DNA of 64,000 nt from Chitinophaga pinensis (GTDB taxonomy: Bacteria > Bacteroidota > Bacteroidia > UBA7662), in the NCBI GenBank assembly GCA_943369355.1, contig CALRMX020000002.1, positions 113,376 through 177,375 of the forward strand, in the 5' to 3' direction. The notes under the pieces are model-generated. The model was not told the DNA's origin, did not search any database, and was given only the letters and a program-made list of their open reading frames with translations. Numbering within the stretch: position 1 is the stretch's first letter; each line of letters opens with the position of its first letter. The position numbers were made by a program, and so were the translations under genes. Shown in pieces: positions 19,256 to 26,958 of the stretch.

Positions 19256-20287
19256 ATGCAAGAACGTATCGACGCCCTCCGCCAAGAAGCAGCAAGCTTC
19301 GCTATCACCAATGCCGAAACTCTTGAGGCATACCGCCTGCAGTTTATGAGCAAAAAATCGGTGCTCAACGAGCTGTTTGAGGAGTTTAAAGCCATTGCTG
19401 GCGACCAAAAGCGTTTGTACGGCCAACCGTTGAATCAGCTCAAACAATTCATCGAAGCCCGCTTCCACGAACAAAAAGAACTGCTCGAAAATGCCCAGCT
19501 AGATGGCGGCAGTGAACTTGACCTCACCCTGCCCCCGCAGCCCATGGCGCTGGGTAGCCGACACCCGATCAGCATCATTCGGCAGGAGATAGTCGGCTTT
19601 TTCGAGCGGCTAGGCTTCAACATTAGCGAAGGACACGAAATTGTTGACGACTGGCACAACTTCGGCGCACTTAATTTTGAAGAAGACCACCCTGCGCGCG
19701 ATATGCAGGATACCTTTTTTGTGCAGTCGAACCCCGATATCTTATTGCGTACCCACACCTCTACCGTACAGGTGAAAGAGATGCAATTGGGCAACCTACC
19801 CATTCGCACTATTAGTCCGGGCAGGGTCTACCGCAACGAAACCGTTTCGGCCCGTTCGCACATGCAGTTTCATCAAATCGAAGGGCTGTACATCGATACC
19901 CACGTTTCGTTCGCCGACCTCCGCCAAACGCTCTACCTCTTTGCCCGACACCTGTTTGGCGAAGATGTTCGTATTCGTTTCCGTCCCAGTTACTTCCCCT
20001 TTACCGAACCCAGCGCCGAGATGGACGTGAGCTGCTTCATTTGTGGCGGCGAAGGCTGTAACATTTGTAAACAAACCGGCTGGGTAGAAATCTTGGGCTG
20101 CGGAATGGTTGACCCTAATGTGTTGGAAAATTGTGGTATCGACCCAAAAAAGTACAGCGGTTACGCCTTCGGACTAGGTTTAGAGCGTATGGCCATGCTC
20201 AAGTACCAGATTAAAGACATCCGTTTGTTTTACGAAAACGACCTGCGCTTTCTGAAGCAGTTCGGCAGCGTACCTCCTACCCGATGA
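19256..20287 (+). CDS. pheS: Phenylalanine--tRNA ligase alpha subunit
   Basis: HPARDMQDTFF, FRPSYFPFTEPS and GFGLGLERMAML class II motifs. Confidence 0.95.
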   Translation: MQERIDALRQEAASFAITNAETLEAYRLQFMSKKSVLNELFEEFKAIAGDQKRLYGQPLNQLKQFIEARFHEQKELLENAQLDGGSELDLTLPPQPMALGSRHPISIIRQEIVGFFERLGFNISEGHEIVDDWHNFGALNFEEDHPARDMQDTFFVQSNPDILLRTHTSTVQVKEMQLGNLPIRTISPGRVYRNETVSARSHMQFHQIEGLYIDTHVSFADLRQTLYLFARHLFGEDVRIRFRPSYFPFTEPSAEMDVSCFICGGEGCNICKQTGWVEILGCGMVDPNVLENCGIDPKKYSGYAFGLGLERMAMLKYQIKDIRLFYENDLRFLKQFGSVPPTR

Positions 20288-21144
20288 GCCATACTATTAA
20301 AACCATCGCCATAATCGGCGCCGGAACCATGGGCAGCGGCATCGCACAAGTTTGTGCCCAAGCTGGTTTCACTACGCTATTGTACGATTTGCAGCCCGAA
20401 ATGCTCGTGAAAGCTAAAAAAGGCATTGGCAGCTCGCTGAGTAAAGCAGTAGAAAAAGGTTTAATCACGGCCGAAGCACAGCAGGCCACGCTAGAACGCA
20501 TCCATTTTACCGACCAATTCGAAACCTTGGTGGCCGACCTCTGTATAGAAGCCATTGTAGAGCGACTGGAACCTAAAGTAGACCTCTTTCAACGATTGGA
20601 GGCCCAAAATAAAGCGGAGACCATTCTGGCTACCAATACCTCCTCGATTCCAGTTACGCGCATTGCCGCAGGATGTACGAGGCCGGGGCAGGTAGCGGGT
20701 ATGCACTTTTTTAATCCGGCGCAACTCATGAAGTTGGTAGAAATCATCAGCGGTGCCGCGACCTTACCCGCAGTGGCCGACCATTTGTACGATTTAGCTG
20801 TTCAATTGGGTAAAAAACCCGTACATGCCAAAGACGCACCGGGGTTCATCGTAAATCGGGTTGCACGGCATTATTATGTCGAAAGCCTGAAATTGCTCGA
20901 AGAGGGCGTTGCCGATTTAGAAACCATCGATAGACTGATGGAAAGTCGTGGTTTTAAGATGGGGCCCTTTCGGTTGATGGACTTGATTGGCGTGGATACT
21001 AACTTTGCCGTAACAAGTAGTATGTTTGCTTCGTTTCATTACGATCCCAAGTTCCGACCCAGCCGCATTCAGCAGCAGAAAGTCGATGCTGGGCATCACG
21101 GACGTAAAACAGGACAAGGATTTTATGCGTATCCTAAAGAATAG
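20284..21144 (+). CDS. 3-hydroxyacyl-CoA / 3-hydroxybutyryl-CoA dehydrogenase
   Basis: NAD-binding IAIIGAGTMGSGIAQV, then NTSS and HFFNPA motifs. Overlaps the pheS stop by 4 nt. Confidence 0.85.
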   Translation: MSHTIKTIAIIGAGTMGSGIAQVCAQAGFTTLLYDLQPEMLVKAKKGIGSSLSKAVEKGLITAEAQQATLERIHFTDQFETLVADLCIEAIVERLEPKVDLFQRLEAQNKAETILATNTSSIPVTRIAAGCTRPGQVAGMHFFNPAQLMKLVEIISGAATLPAVADHLYDLAVQLGKKPVHAKDAPGFIVNRVARHYYVESLKLLEEGVADLETIDRLMESRGFKMGPFRLMDLIGVDTNFAVTSSMFASFHYDPKFRPSRIQQQKVDAGHHGRKTGQGFYAYPKE

Positions 21145-21559
21145 CCGCCCCATATTGCTGCTGTTGTTGCTGCTTGGCTCTGCCTGTCGTAACGATAGCT
21201 CCGAGTTTGTGCCCGACGTATTGGTCGATTTAACGCTCAACCTCAACAATCCGAGCTACCAGGCCATTAATGTGGTGGGCGGCATTCTATTTTTACCCGA
21301 GCAAGGATATAAAGGCATCAGTATCTTCAGGCGCGATGTAGGTGAGTTTAAGGCGGTAGACATGACCTGTAGTTACCGCCCCCTGGAAGAATGCCACCGC
21401 GTAAGTCTTGATTCGGCAACATTTCAACTAAAATGCGGCTGTTGCGATTCACGCTTCAGTTTTGAAGGGCAGATCCTCAATGGCCCAGCTTCTTTGCCCT
21501 TAAAGGAATACCGAACCACCTATTCCCCCTCTACCAATACTTTGCAAATCAGCAATTAA
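21125..21559 (+). CDS. Lipoprotein with a Rieske-like fold but non-canonical ligand pattern
   Basis: Lipobox LLLLGSAC. The C-terminal half (CSYRPLEECH ... CGCCDSRFSFEGQILNGPASLPLKEY) parallels Rieske CxH...CxxH-GSxF-G-GPA-PL-Y. ATG 21125 lies inside the supplied ORF. Confidence 0.55.
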   Translation: MRILKNSRPILLLLLLLGSACRNDSSEFVPDVLVDLTLNLNNPSYQAINVVGGILFLPEQGYKGISIFRRDVGEFKAVDMTCSYRPLEECHRVSLDSATFQLKCGCCDSRFSFEGQILNGPASLPLKEYRTTYSPSTNTLQISN

Positions 21560-21638
21560 GCGGGATACATGTTAAAATAACCTATGAATAAAGTGCTATT
21601 CATCAGGATTTTTTACATTCGTTCACCAAAACCCCGCT

Positions 21639-22655
21639 ATGAAAACCTTAAAGAAAATTGGCCTCATTCTCTTAGGCCTCGTCCTCGTAATGGCCGTAAT
21701 CGGCTTTTTACTCGATTCTAAGCTTCGCGTTGAAGCTACAGGCGAAACCGCTGGTAGTCCTGAACTCGTGTTTGAGCAAGTAGCCAATTTCAAAAATTGG
21801 GACAATTGGTCGAGCTGGCACGCCATGGACACGGCCATGAAAAAGGAATATTTCGGTGATCCACTCAACGTGGGTCACGGCTATTCGTGGACCTCTGAAA
21901 ACAGCCAAGTGGGCCATGGAAACATGAAAATTATCGAGCTTGAAGCCAATAAAATGGTGAAATCGGAGATGTACCTCATGGGCGATACCAAGCCTGCCAT
22001 TTCGACTTTCGTGCTCGAAACGACCGAACAAGGAGGAACCAAAATCAATTGGTCGGCCGACTTTGATCTCGGCAACAATCCCTTTGGCAGAATTTTCGGT
22101 CAACTTATCCTGCCATCGATGATTAAAAAAGACTTTGAAAAAGGACTGAGCAAGCTCAAAGAAGTTACCGAAGCTCAAGCAGCCGCCACGGCCGTAAAAA
22201 TCGATGAAATCACTACCGAGCCGATGTCGTATGTATTTATCTCTTACGAAGGTCCGAACGATCAGCCTACCATCGACAGCAAGATGAGCGCCATGTTTAC
22301 CGAACTGGATCAATACATTGCCGCCAACAAAGCCACCAATGCTGGTCCTTACTTTGCCCATTGGCACCACTGGACCGATACCTTGGTGCGTTTCGATGTT
22401 TGTGTACCGGTAGATAAAGCGCTCAAAGGCACCAAAACCATTAAATTTGCACAGCTTAATGCGATGCCTGCCTACAAAGTGGAAGTTCTTGGTGATTTTG
22501 GGAATACCTACGAGGCGCACATGGCCATCGACGCTCATGCACAAAAAAAGGGTGTTAAAACAGCCGATCCCATGGAAATGTACTTCACCGACCCAGAAAA
22601 AGAGCCCGACACCTCCAAGTGGGTCAGCTGGGTGGTGTATCCTATTTTACCCTAA
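21639..22655 (+). CDS. Membrane-anchored SRPBCC (START/polyketide-cyclase-like) plus GyrI-like effector-binding domain protein
   Basis: N-terminal TM segment. The domain architecture is recognised by eye only. Confidence 0.55.
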   Translation: MKTLKKIGLILLGLVLVMAVIGFLLDSKLRVEATGETAGSPELVFEQVANFKNWDNWSSWHAMDTAMKKEYFGDPLNVGHGYSWTSENSQVGHGNMKIIELEANKMVKSEMYLMGDTKPAISTFVLETTEQGGTKINWSADFDLGNNPFGRIFGQLILPSMIKKDFEKGLSKLKEVTEAQAAATAVKIDEITTEPMSYVFISYEGPNDQPTIDSKMSAMFTELDQYIAANKATNAGPYFAHWHHWTDTLVRFDVCVPVDKALKGTKTIKFAQLNAMPAYKVEVLGDFGNTYEAHMAIDAHAQKKGVKTADPMEMYFTDPEKEPDTSKWVSWVVYPILP

Positions 22656-22678
22656 CTATATCCCTGATTACGCTTCAA

Positions 22679-22703
22679 AGCCGCCCGAACAAGGCGGCTT
22701 TTT
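22679..22703. terminator. Intrinsic terminator between convergent genes
   Basis: AGCCGCC-CGAACAA-GGCGGCT followed by TTTTT, preceded by AAA. Confidence 0.65.
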
Positions 22704-22753
22704 ATTTTGACTAAACCACTGGTCATTGAACTAGCAGCTCATTGCTCGGCAGA

Positions 22754-23893
22754 CTAGCGTTTCCAGGGATCCTGAAATTTAGGGTCGTTACTCAAAGCTG
22801 TATCGGTAAGCGTATTCAAAAATGCCAGTAGCGCATCTTTTTGTGCTTGTGTAAAGTTCATCACACGCACATTGCCTTGCGGGTCGCGTAGCGGGGGGCT
22901 CAAATTGGGGTGGTTTTGTACGCCGTTGCTGTAATGATCAATCACTTGCGCTAAGGTCGAAAAACGGCCGTCGTGCATATAAGGAGCTTGGAGTGCCACG
23001 TTACGGAGCGAACCCGATTTGAAGGTGCCCACCAATTGAGGCACATTGTTTACCCCACCCACACCCGCATCGGTGGTGGTGGCATCTAAACCGTTATTGC
23101 GAGGACCTGGAGCGATATGCGCATCGGTACCGTGACAAGGTGCACAATTGCCAGGAGCATTAAAAATGGCTTTACCTTGATTTTCTTGTGCTGTAAAGTT
23201 GGGAAAAGGATCGCCCGTATTGGCCACCTGAGCCCTGCCTTCGTCGTATTTACTCCGGTAACTTACCAGTGAACGTACGTATTGAGCCAATGCGCGACTA
23301 ATTCGCTGGCTGTTGATGGCCGTATCGCCAAACGCATTGCTGAAAAGGGTCGCATAAAACGCCTTTTCCCGTACGCGACCAATAAGTTCATCGATGGTGA
23401 GTCCCATTTCGGTTTGATCTTGAATGGGCATGAGCACTTGATCTTCGAGTGTGGCGGCTCGTTCGTCCCAGAAAAACCTGCGGTTGGCGTAATAACGGGC
23501 ATTGACTAGGGTCATAGAATGACGACCGGTGAGTCCACCCGCGAAACCGAGGCTCTTCACCAACGGATCGCTAAATCCCTTCGAGCTTTGGTGGCAGCTG
23601 GCACAAGCTACGGTGCGGTTGAGGCTCAAGTTGCGGTCGAAAAACAGCACCCTTCCTAAGGTTGCGCCTTGGTCGGTAATAGGGTTATTGGCGGGGGTAT
23701 TGTCGGCTCCTACCGCCAAAATATGCGCCGGTATAGGCTGGTTGGCGTAGTTGTATGGGGTAGCTGGCAAATTGAGCTCAGCAAAGGGGTCGGTTGGGTT
23801 GGTAGGAACAGTGGGGTTATTGCTACCGGTTTCGTCTTTTTGGCAGGAGGCCAGTACCAACAGTACTGCACTCAAGAGGAGGATTTTCTTCAT
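22754..23893 (-). CDS. Di-haem cytochrome c peroxidase (CCP/MauG family), lipoprotein
   Basis: Two CxxCH haem motifs (CASCHQ and CAPCHG), lipobox LVLASC, and a typical length of 379 aa. Confidence 0.9.
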   Translation of the reverse strand: MKKILLLSAVLLVLASCQKDETGSNNPTVPTNPTDPFAELNLPATPYNYANQPIPAHILAVGADNTPANNPITDQGATLGRVLFFDRNLSLNRTVACASCHQSSKGFSDPLVKSLGFAGGLTGRHSMTLVNARYYANRRFFWDERAATLEDQVLMPIQDQTEMGLTIDELIGRVREKAFYATLFSNAFGDTAINSQRISRALAQYVRSLVSYRSKYDEGRAQVANTGDPFPNFTAQENQGKAIFNAPGNCAPCHGTDAHIAPGPRNNGLDATTTDAGVGGVNNVPQLVGTFKSGSLRNVALQAPYMHDGRFSTLAQVIDHYSNGVQNHPNLSPPLRDPQGNVRVMNFTQAQKDALLAFLNTLTDTALSNDPKFQDPWKR

Positions 23894-23964
23894 GGCGTTC
23901 GGGTTTTGAGAAGTATAGACGCCGTGTGTTTGGTTTACTTGCGGCTACTCAGATAAAAAATTCA

Positions 23965-24513
23965 TTAAAACGGGTGCGGCCCACCGGGAGGGGGCGGCCC
24001 ACCGGGAGGGGGCGGTCCACCGGGAGGGGGCGGTCCACCGGGGCCACGGCCTCCAAAAAACGGAAGTAGGGCTTCCATCAGTTCGTCGAAATGAGTCAGT
24101 TGATCGGGCCTACAAAGCGCTCGTATTTCATCGAAATGAGCATACGTTGCCGCATAATACGCTTGCCGGTTCGCCGAAATGGCCTGTTCGATTCCAATTT
24201 TCATGGCTGTGCTTGCCGCATCATCGCTCAAAAGGGCAAAATAAGCACGGCGCAAATCGGTCAGCTCGTCGTTGAGCCGGTGGCTGGCTTCCCGATGTCT
24301 TTCTATCGACTGCCACAGCCGTTCTTGTTGGCCTTTGTCGAGCTGGAGCTTGCCGATAATGATGTCTTCAGGTCGAGTTCGGGGATGTGGTCCTCGTTCT
24401 TGAACTGCGCCCGACCGATTGGTCTGCCAGAGTACATAGCCCAAGGTGGTCAGGTTGAGCAGGAGCAGGGCCAGCACCACGAGTGTAAGTAGACGTTCGC
24501 GGGTCATGGTCAT
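23965..24513 (-). CDS. Membrane-anchored periplasmic helical protein (Spy/CpxP/heavy-metal-sensor-like) with a C-terminal (GGPPPP)n tail
   Basis: N-terminal TM LLTLVVLALLLLNLTTLGYVLW, a helical LQLDKGQQERLWQSIERHRE segment, and the tail GGRGPGGPPPPGGPPPPGGPPPPGGPHPF. Confidence 0.5.
   Translation of the reverse strand: MTMTRERLLTLVVLALLLLNLTTLGYVLWQTNRSGAVQERGPHPRTRPEDIIIGKLQLDKGQQERLWQSIERHREASHRLNDELTDLRRAYFALLSDDAASTAMKIGIEQAISANRQAYYAATYAHFDEIRALCRPDQLTHFDELMEALLPFFGGRGPGGPPPPGGPPPPGGPPPPGGPHPF
23976..24044 (-). repeat. 18-bp tandem repeat, about 3.8 copies, encoding GGPPPP units
   Basis: The unit GCGG(C/T)CCACCGGGAGGGG is repeated head to tail on the plus strand, in frame within the 23965..24513 CDS. 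Confidence 0.9.
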
Positions 24514-24809
24514 TCGTATAGGTTGGTTTCTTGCAGCATATACGTGCCGGCCACAGCCTTCAAATCATTGGTAGGAGACGCTTCCCGTTGTCGCAGCAGC
24601 ATCACATTGAGGAGGAATAAACCTGCTATACTGGCGGCAACAGCCCACAATACAGGCTTGCGCACCGTTTGCAGCGTTTGCAACCGTTGCATGAATCGAT
24701 CTTCGAACCCGACTGGAAGCGCCTTCTGTTCGGGTAAAGCATCCAGCACCTGCCGTACGAATAAATCGCCTGGGGTGTTCTCCATGTCCATATGGGGTTT
24801 TGACGTCAT
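24510..24809 (-). CDS. Putative anti-sigma factor (single-pass membrane protein)
   Basis: 99 aa, with one TM segment (VLWAVAASIAGLFLLNVMLL). It lies 10 nt after the ECF sigma gene and overlaps the next gene by 4 nt. Assigned by position only. Confidence 0.45.
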   Translation of the reverse strand: MTSKPHMDMENTPGDLFVRQVLDALPEQKALPVGFEDRFMQRLQTLQTVRKPVLWAVAASIAGLFLLNVMLLRQREASPTNDLKAVAGTYMLQETNLYE

Positions 24810-24818
24810 AAGTTGGAT

Positions 24819-25406
24819 TTACTTGCGGTTAGGAAAATTTTCTTCGTAATACTTTTGCAGCATACGCCTCAGCTGCTGGCGGGCACGAAAAACCAACGAC
24901 TCGAGGGCATTGCGGCTGAGCTCCAGGGTAGCTGCTGCCTCGTCGTAGCTTAGCCCTTCTTCTTGGGTGAGTAAAAAAGCAAGACGCTGATTGTGTGGCA
25001 ACCGACTCAGCGCCTGTTGCAGCAACTCGGCGAGCCAAGCCCGATCGTAACGGTCGGCTTCGGCAGCTGCTGGGGGCAAGTCGAGACGGGGCAGCTCATC
25101 GTCGAGGCGGTAGAGCGACTCGGTAGGCGCCTGCCGCTTTTCGCGCTGGTTGTAGCGCCAGCGGTCGTAGATGCGGTTGGTTGCCAGGCGATACAGCCAG
25201 GTAGCGAGCGACGACTCTTCCCTGAACCGATCTATCCGGGTACAAGCCAGCAGTAGCACATCGTGGAGCAGCTCTTCGGCATCTTCGGGGCCAAAGCCCG
25301 CTCGCATTATTAGGCGGTGCAGGCGAGGACCGTAGGCGCGCAGCAACTCGCGTTGCGCAGCCCTATCGTGCCGGCGTAGGCCAGCGAGAAGTTCTTTATC
25401 GGTCAA
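24819..25406 (-). CDS. ECF (group IV) RNA polymerase sigma-70 factor
   Basis: Region 2 (DAEELLHDVLLLACTRIDRFREESSLATWLYRLATN) and region 4 (LPHNQRLAFLLTQEEGLSYDEAAATLELSRNALESLVFRARQQLR). The likely start is TTG 25406 (M-TDKELLAGL). The supplied longest ORF runs to 25508 and would overlap murI. Confidence 0.85.
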   Translation of the reverse strand: MTDKELLAGLRRHDRAAQRELLRAYGPRLHRLIMRAGFGPEDAEELLHDVLLLACTRIDRFREESSLATWLYRLATNRIYDRWRYNQREKRQAPTESLYRLDDELPRLDLPPAAAEADRYDRAWLAELLQQALSRLPHNQRLAFLLTQEEGLSYDEAAATLELSRNALESLVFRARQQLRRMLQKYYEENFPNRK

Positions 25407-25502
25407 AGCACCACATTGTGGGCGGAAATTAGAAAAATGCCTGCGAATTGCCGCAAGTGCAGCGGCAAGAAATAAATACACAAAAGTGATTAGCTTCGTG
25501 TC

Positions 25503-26321
25503 ATGCAAGGTCCTATCGGTGTTTTCGACTCAGGTTACGGTGGTCTTACGGTACTTCGTTCGCTCGTGGATGTTTTGCCGCAGTACGACTACGTCTACCT
25601 CGGCGACAACGCTCGTGTGCCCTACGGCACGCGATCGTTCGAAACCGTTTACTACTATACCCTCGAATGCGTTGAGAAGCTTTTCGAACTGGGCTGCCCC
25701 CTGGTGATACTCGCCTGCAATACGGCCAGTGCCAAAGCATTGAGAAGCATCCAACAAAACGACTTGCCTCGCCTTGCTCCCGACCGGCGGGTGCTCGGGG
25801 TAATTCGCCCTACCACCGAACGGCTGGGGAGCTTGAGCAAAAGTGGTCAGGTGGGGATACTCGCCACCACAGGAACCGTTAGCTCGCGCTCGTATGTAAT
25901 CGAAGCCGAAAAGTTTTTCCCAAGTCTGCACATCTTCCAGGAAGCCTGCCCCATGTGGGTTCCATTGGTCGAGAATGGTGAAGAAAACAGCGCCGGTGCC
26001 GATTTTTTTGTGCAGCAGCACCTCCAGCAATTGCTAGCACACGGCCCACAGATTGATACTTTGGTACTGGCCTGTACGCACTACCCCCTCTTGATCCCCA
26101 AAATCAAACACTACTTGCCGCCACACATGCAAGTGATCTCGCAAGGGCCGATAGTCGCCGAGCAGCTCACCGACTACCTGCAGCGCCATCCTGAAATGGA
26201 AAACCGCCTCAGCCGCGGCGGCGGGAGACGGTTTTATACCACCGACAGCGCGGAGGAGTTTGCGGCCAAAGGCAGCCGCTTTTATGGGGACAAGGTAGTG
26301 GCCGAAAAAATCGACCTCTAA
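25503..26321 (+). CDS. murI: Glutamate racemase
   Basis: IGVFDSGYGGLTV, ILACNTAS and VLACTHYP motifs. Confidence 0.93.
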   Translation: MQGPIGVFDSGYGGLTVLRSLVDVLPQYDYVYLGDNARVPYGTRSFETVYYYTLECVEKLFELGCPLVILACNTASAKALRSIQQNDLPRLAPDRRVLGVIRPTTERLGSLSKSGQVGILATTGTVSSRSYVIEAEKFFPSLHIFQEACPMWVPLVENGEENSAGADFFVQQHLQQLLAHGPQIDTLVLACTHYPLLIPKIKHYLPPHMQVISQGPIVAEQLTDYLQRHPEMENRLSRGGGRRFYTTDSAEEFAAKGSRFYGDKVVAEKIDL

Positions 26322-26324
26322 ACG

Positions 26325-26861
26325 TTATTCTTTGGTTTTTTTCGCCGCTTTTTTAGCGGTCTTTACTTCTTCAGCAGGAGTATTCGCCTCATTTTCAGTC
26401 TTTTTCTTGGCTTTGCTTGCTTTCGGCTTTTCTGCTGCTGCTGTGGCTGCTGCTGGCTCCTCGGCGGCTTCTTCCTTGCTAAAATCGAGCACTGGGCTAA
26501 GGATCTGATACCAGCGCATGAGCTTGCGCATATCGCTCAAATACACCCGTTCGGCATCGTAGTCGGGAATGAGCTTTTTGAATGCTGTCACGATCGCTTG
26601 CGGGTCGTCTTTGGCGGTATCGATGCCCGACAAATCAATTTTTTCGTCGTGGATACGTTGAAAAACGTCTTTCAACGACACCTGATCTTCGAGCGTGTAC
26701 ACGCTAATGTCGTCGAGTGCCGCCACGCGTGCGTTGCCCGGAATGGGCAAACGTTTGCGGCTCGCATCGATGGCTTCGACGATAAAACCCGTTTTGGAGC
26801 TGCTGATGACTTTGTAGAGACCCGGTTTGCCGGAGATGTTGACGATACCTTGCAGGTTCAT
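26325..26861 (-). CDS. Conserved Bacteroidota protein (DUF5606-like) with a Lys/Ala-rich histone-H1-like tail
   Basis: The N-terminus MNLQGIVNISGKPGLYKVISSSKTGFIVE matches my recollection of DUF5606. The C-terminus is AAEKPKASKAKKK...KTAKKAAKKTKE. Confidence 0.6.
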   Translation of the reverse strand: MNLQGIVNISGKPGLYKVISSSKTGFIVEAIDASRKRLPIPGNARVAALDDISVYTLEDQVSLKDVFQRIHDEKIDLSGIDTAKDDPQAIVTAFKKLIPDYDAERVYLSDMRKLMRWYQILSPVLDFSKEEAAEEPAAATAAAEKPKASKAKKKTENEANTPAEEVKTAKKAAKKTKE

Positions 26862-26944
26862 ACCAAAAATTTAGGGTGCCAAATTACGCAAAAAAACCGC
26901 TTTTACTCCCGAGCATAAGCGCCTGAAGGATAGAAACGATTGGT

Positions 26945-26952
26945 TATCTTTG
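26945..26952 (+). promoter_or_regulatory. -7 box TATCTTTG, 6 nt upstream of the metG ATG
   Basis: Exact TAnnTTTG match. ATG at 26959. Confidence 0.45.
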
Positions 26953-26958
26953 CCCCGC

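Noticed and set aside
21708-22544. 278-aa minus-strand ORF, the longest unexplained ORF in the track
   Set aside because: It lies entirely antisense to the 21639..22655 gene, which has a credible signal/TM start and recognisable domain-like sequence. The antisense translation is low-complexity (rich in F/H/R/G) with no motif. This is a typical shadow ORF.
23976-24044. Regularly spaced GC-rich repeats that could at first glance suggest a CRISPR array or a non-coding minisatellite
   Set aside because: The units are contiguous with no spacers, 18 bp long, in frame, and encode GGPPPP within a CDS. No cas genes are nearby. This is not a CRISPR array.
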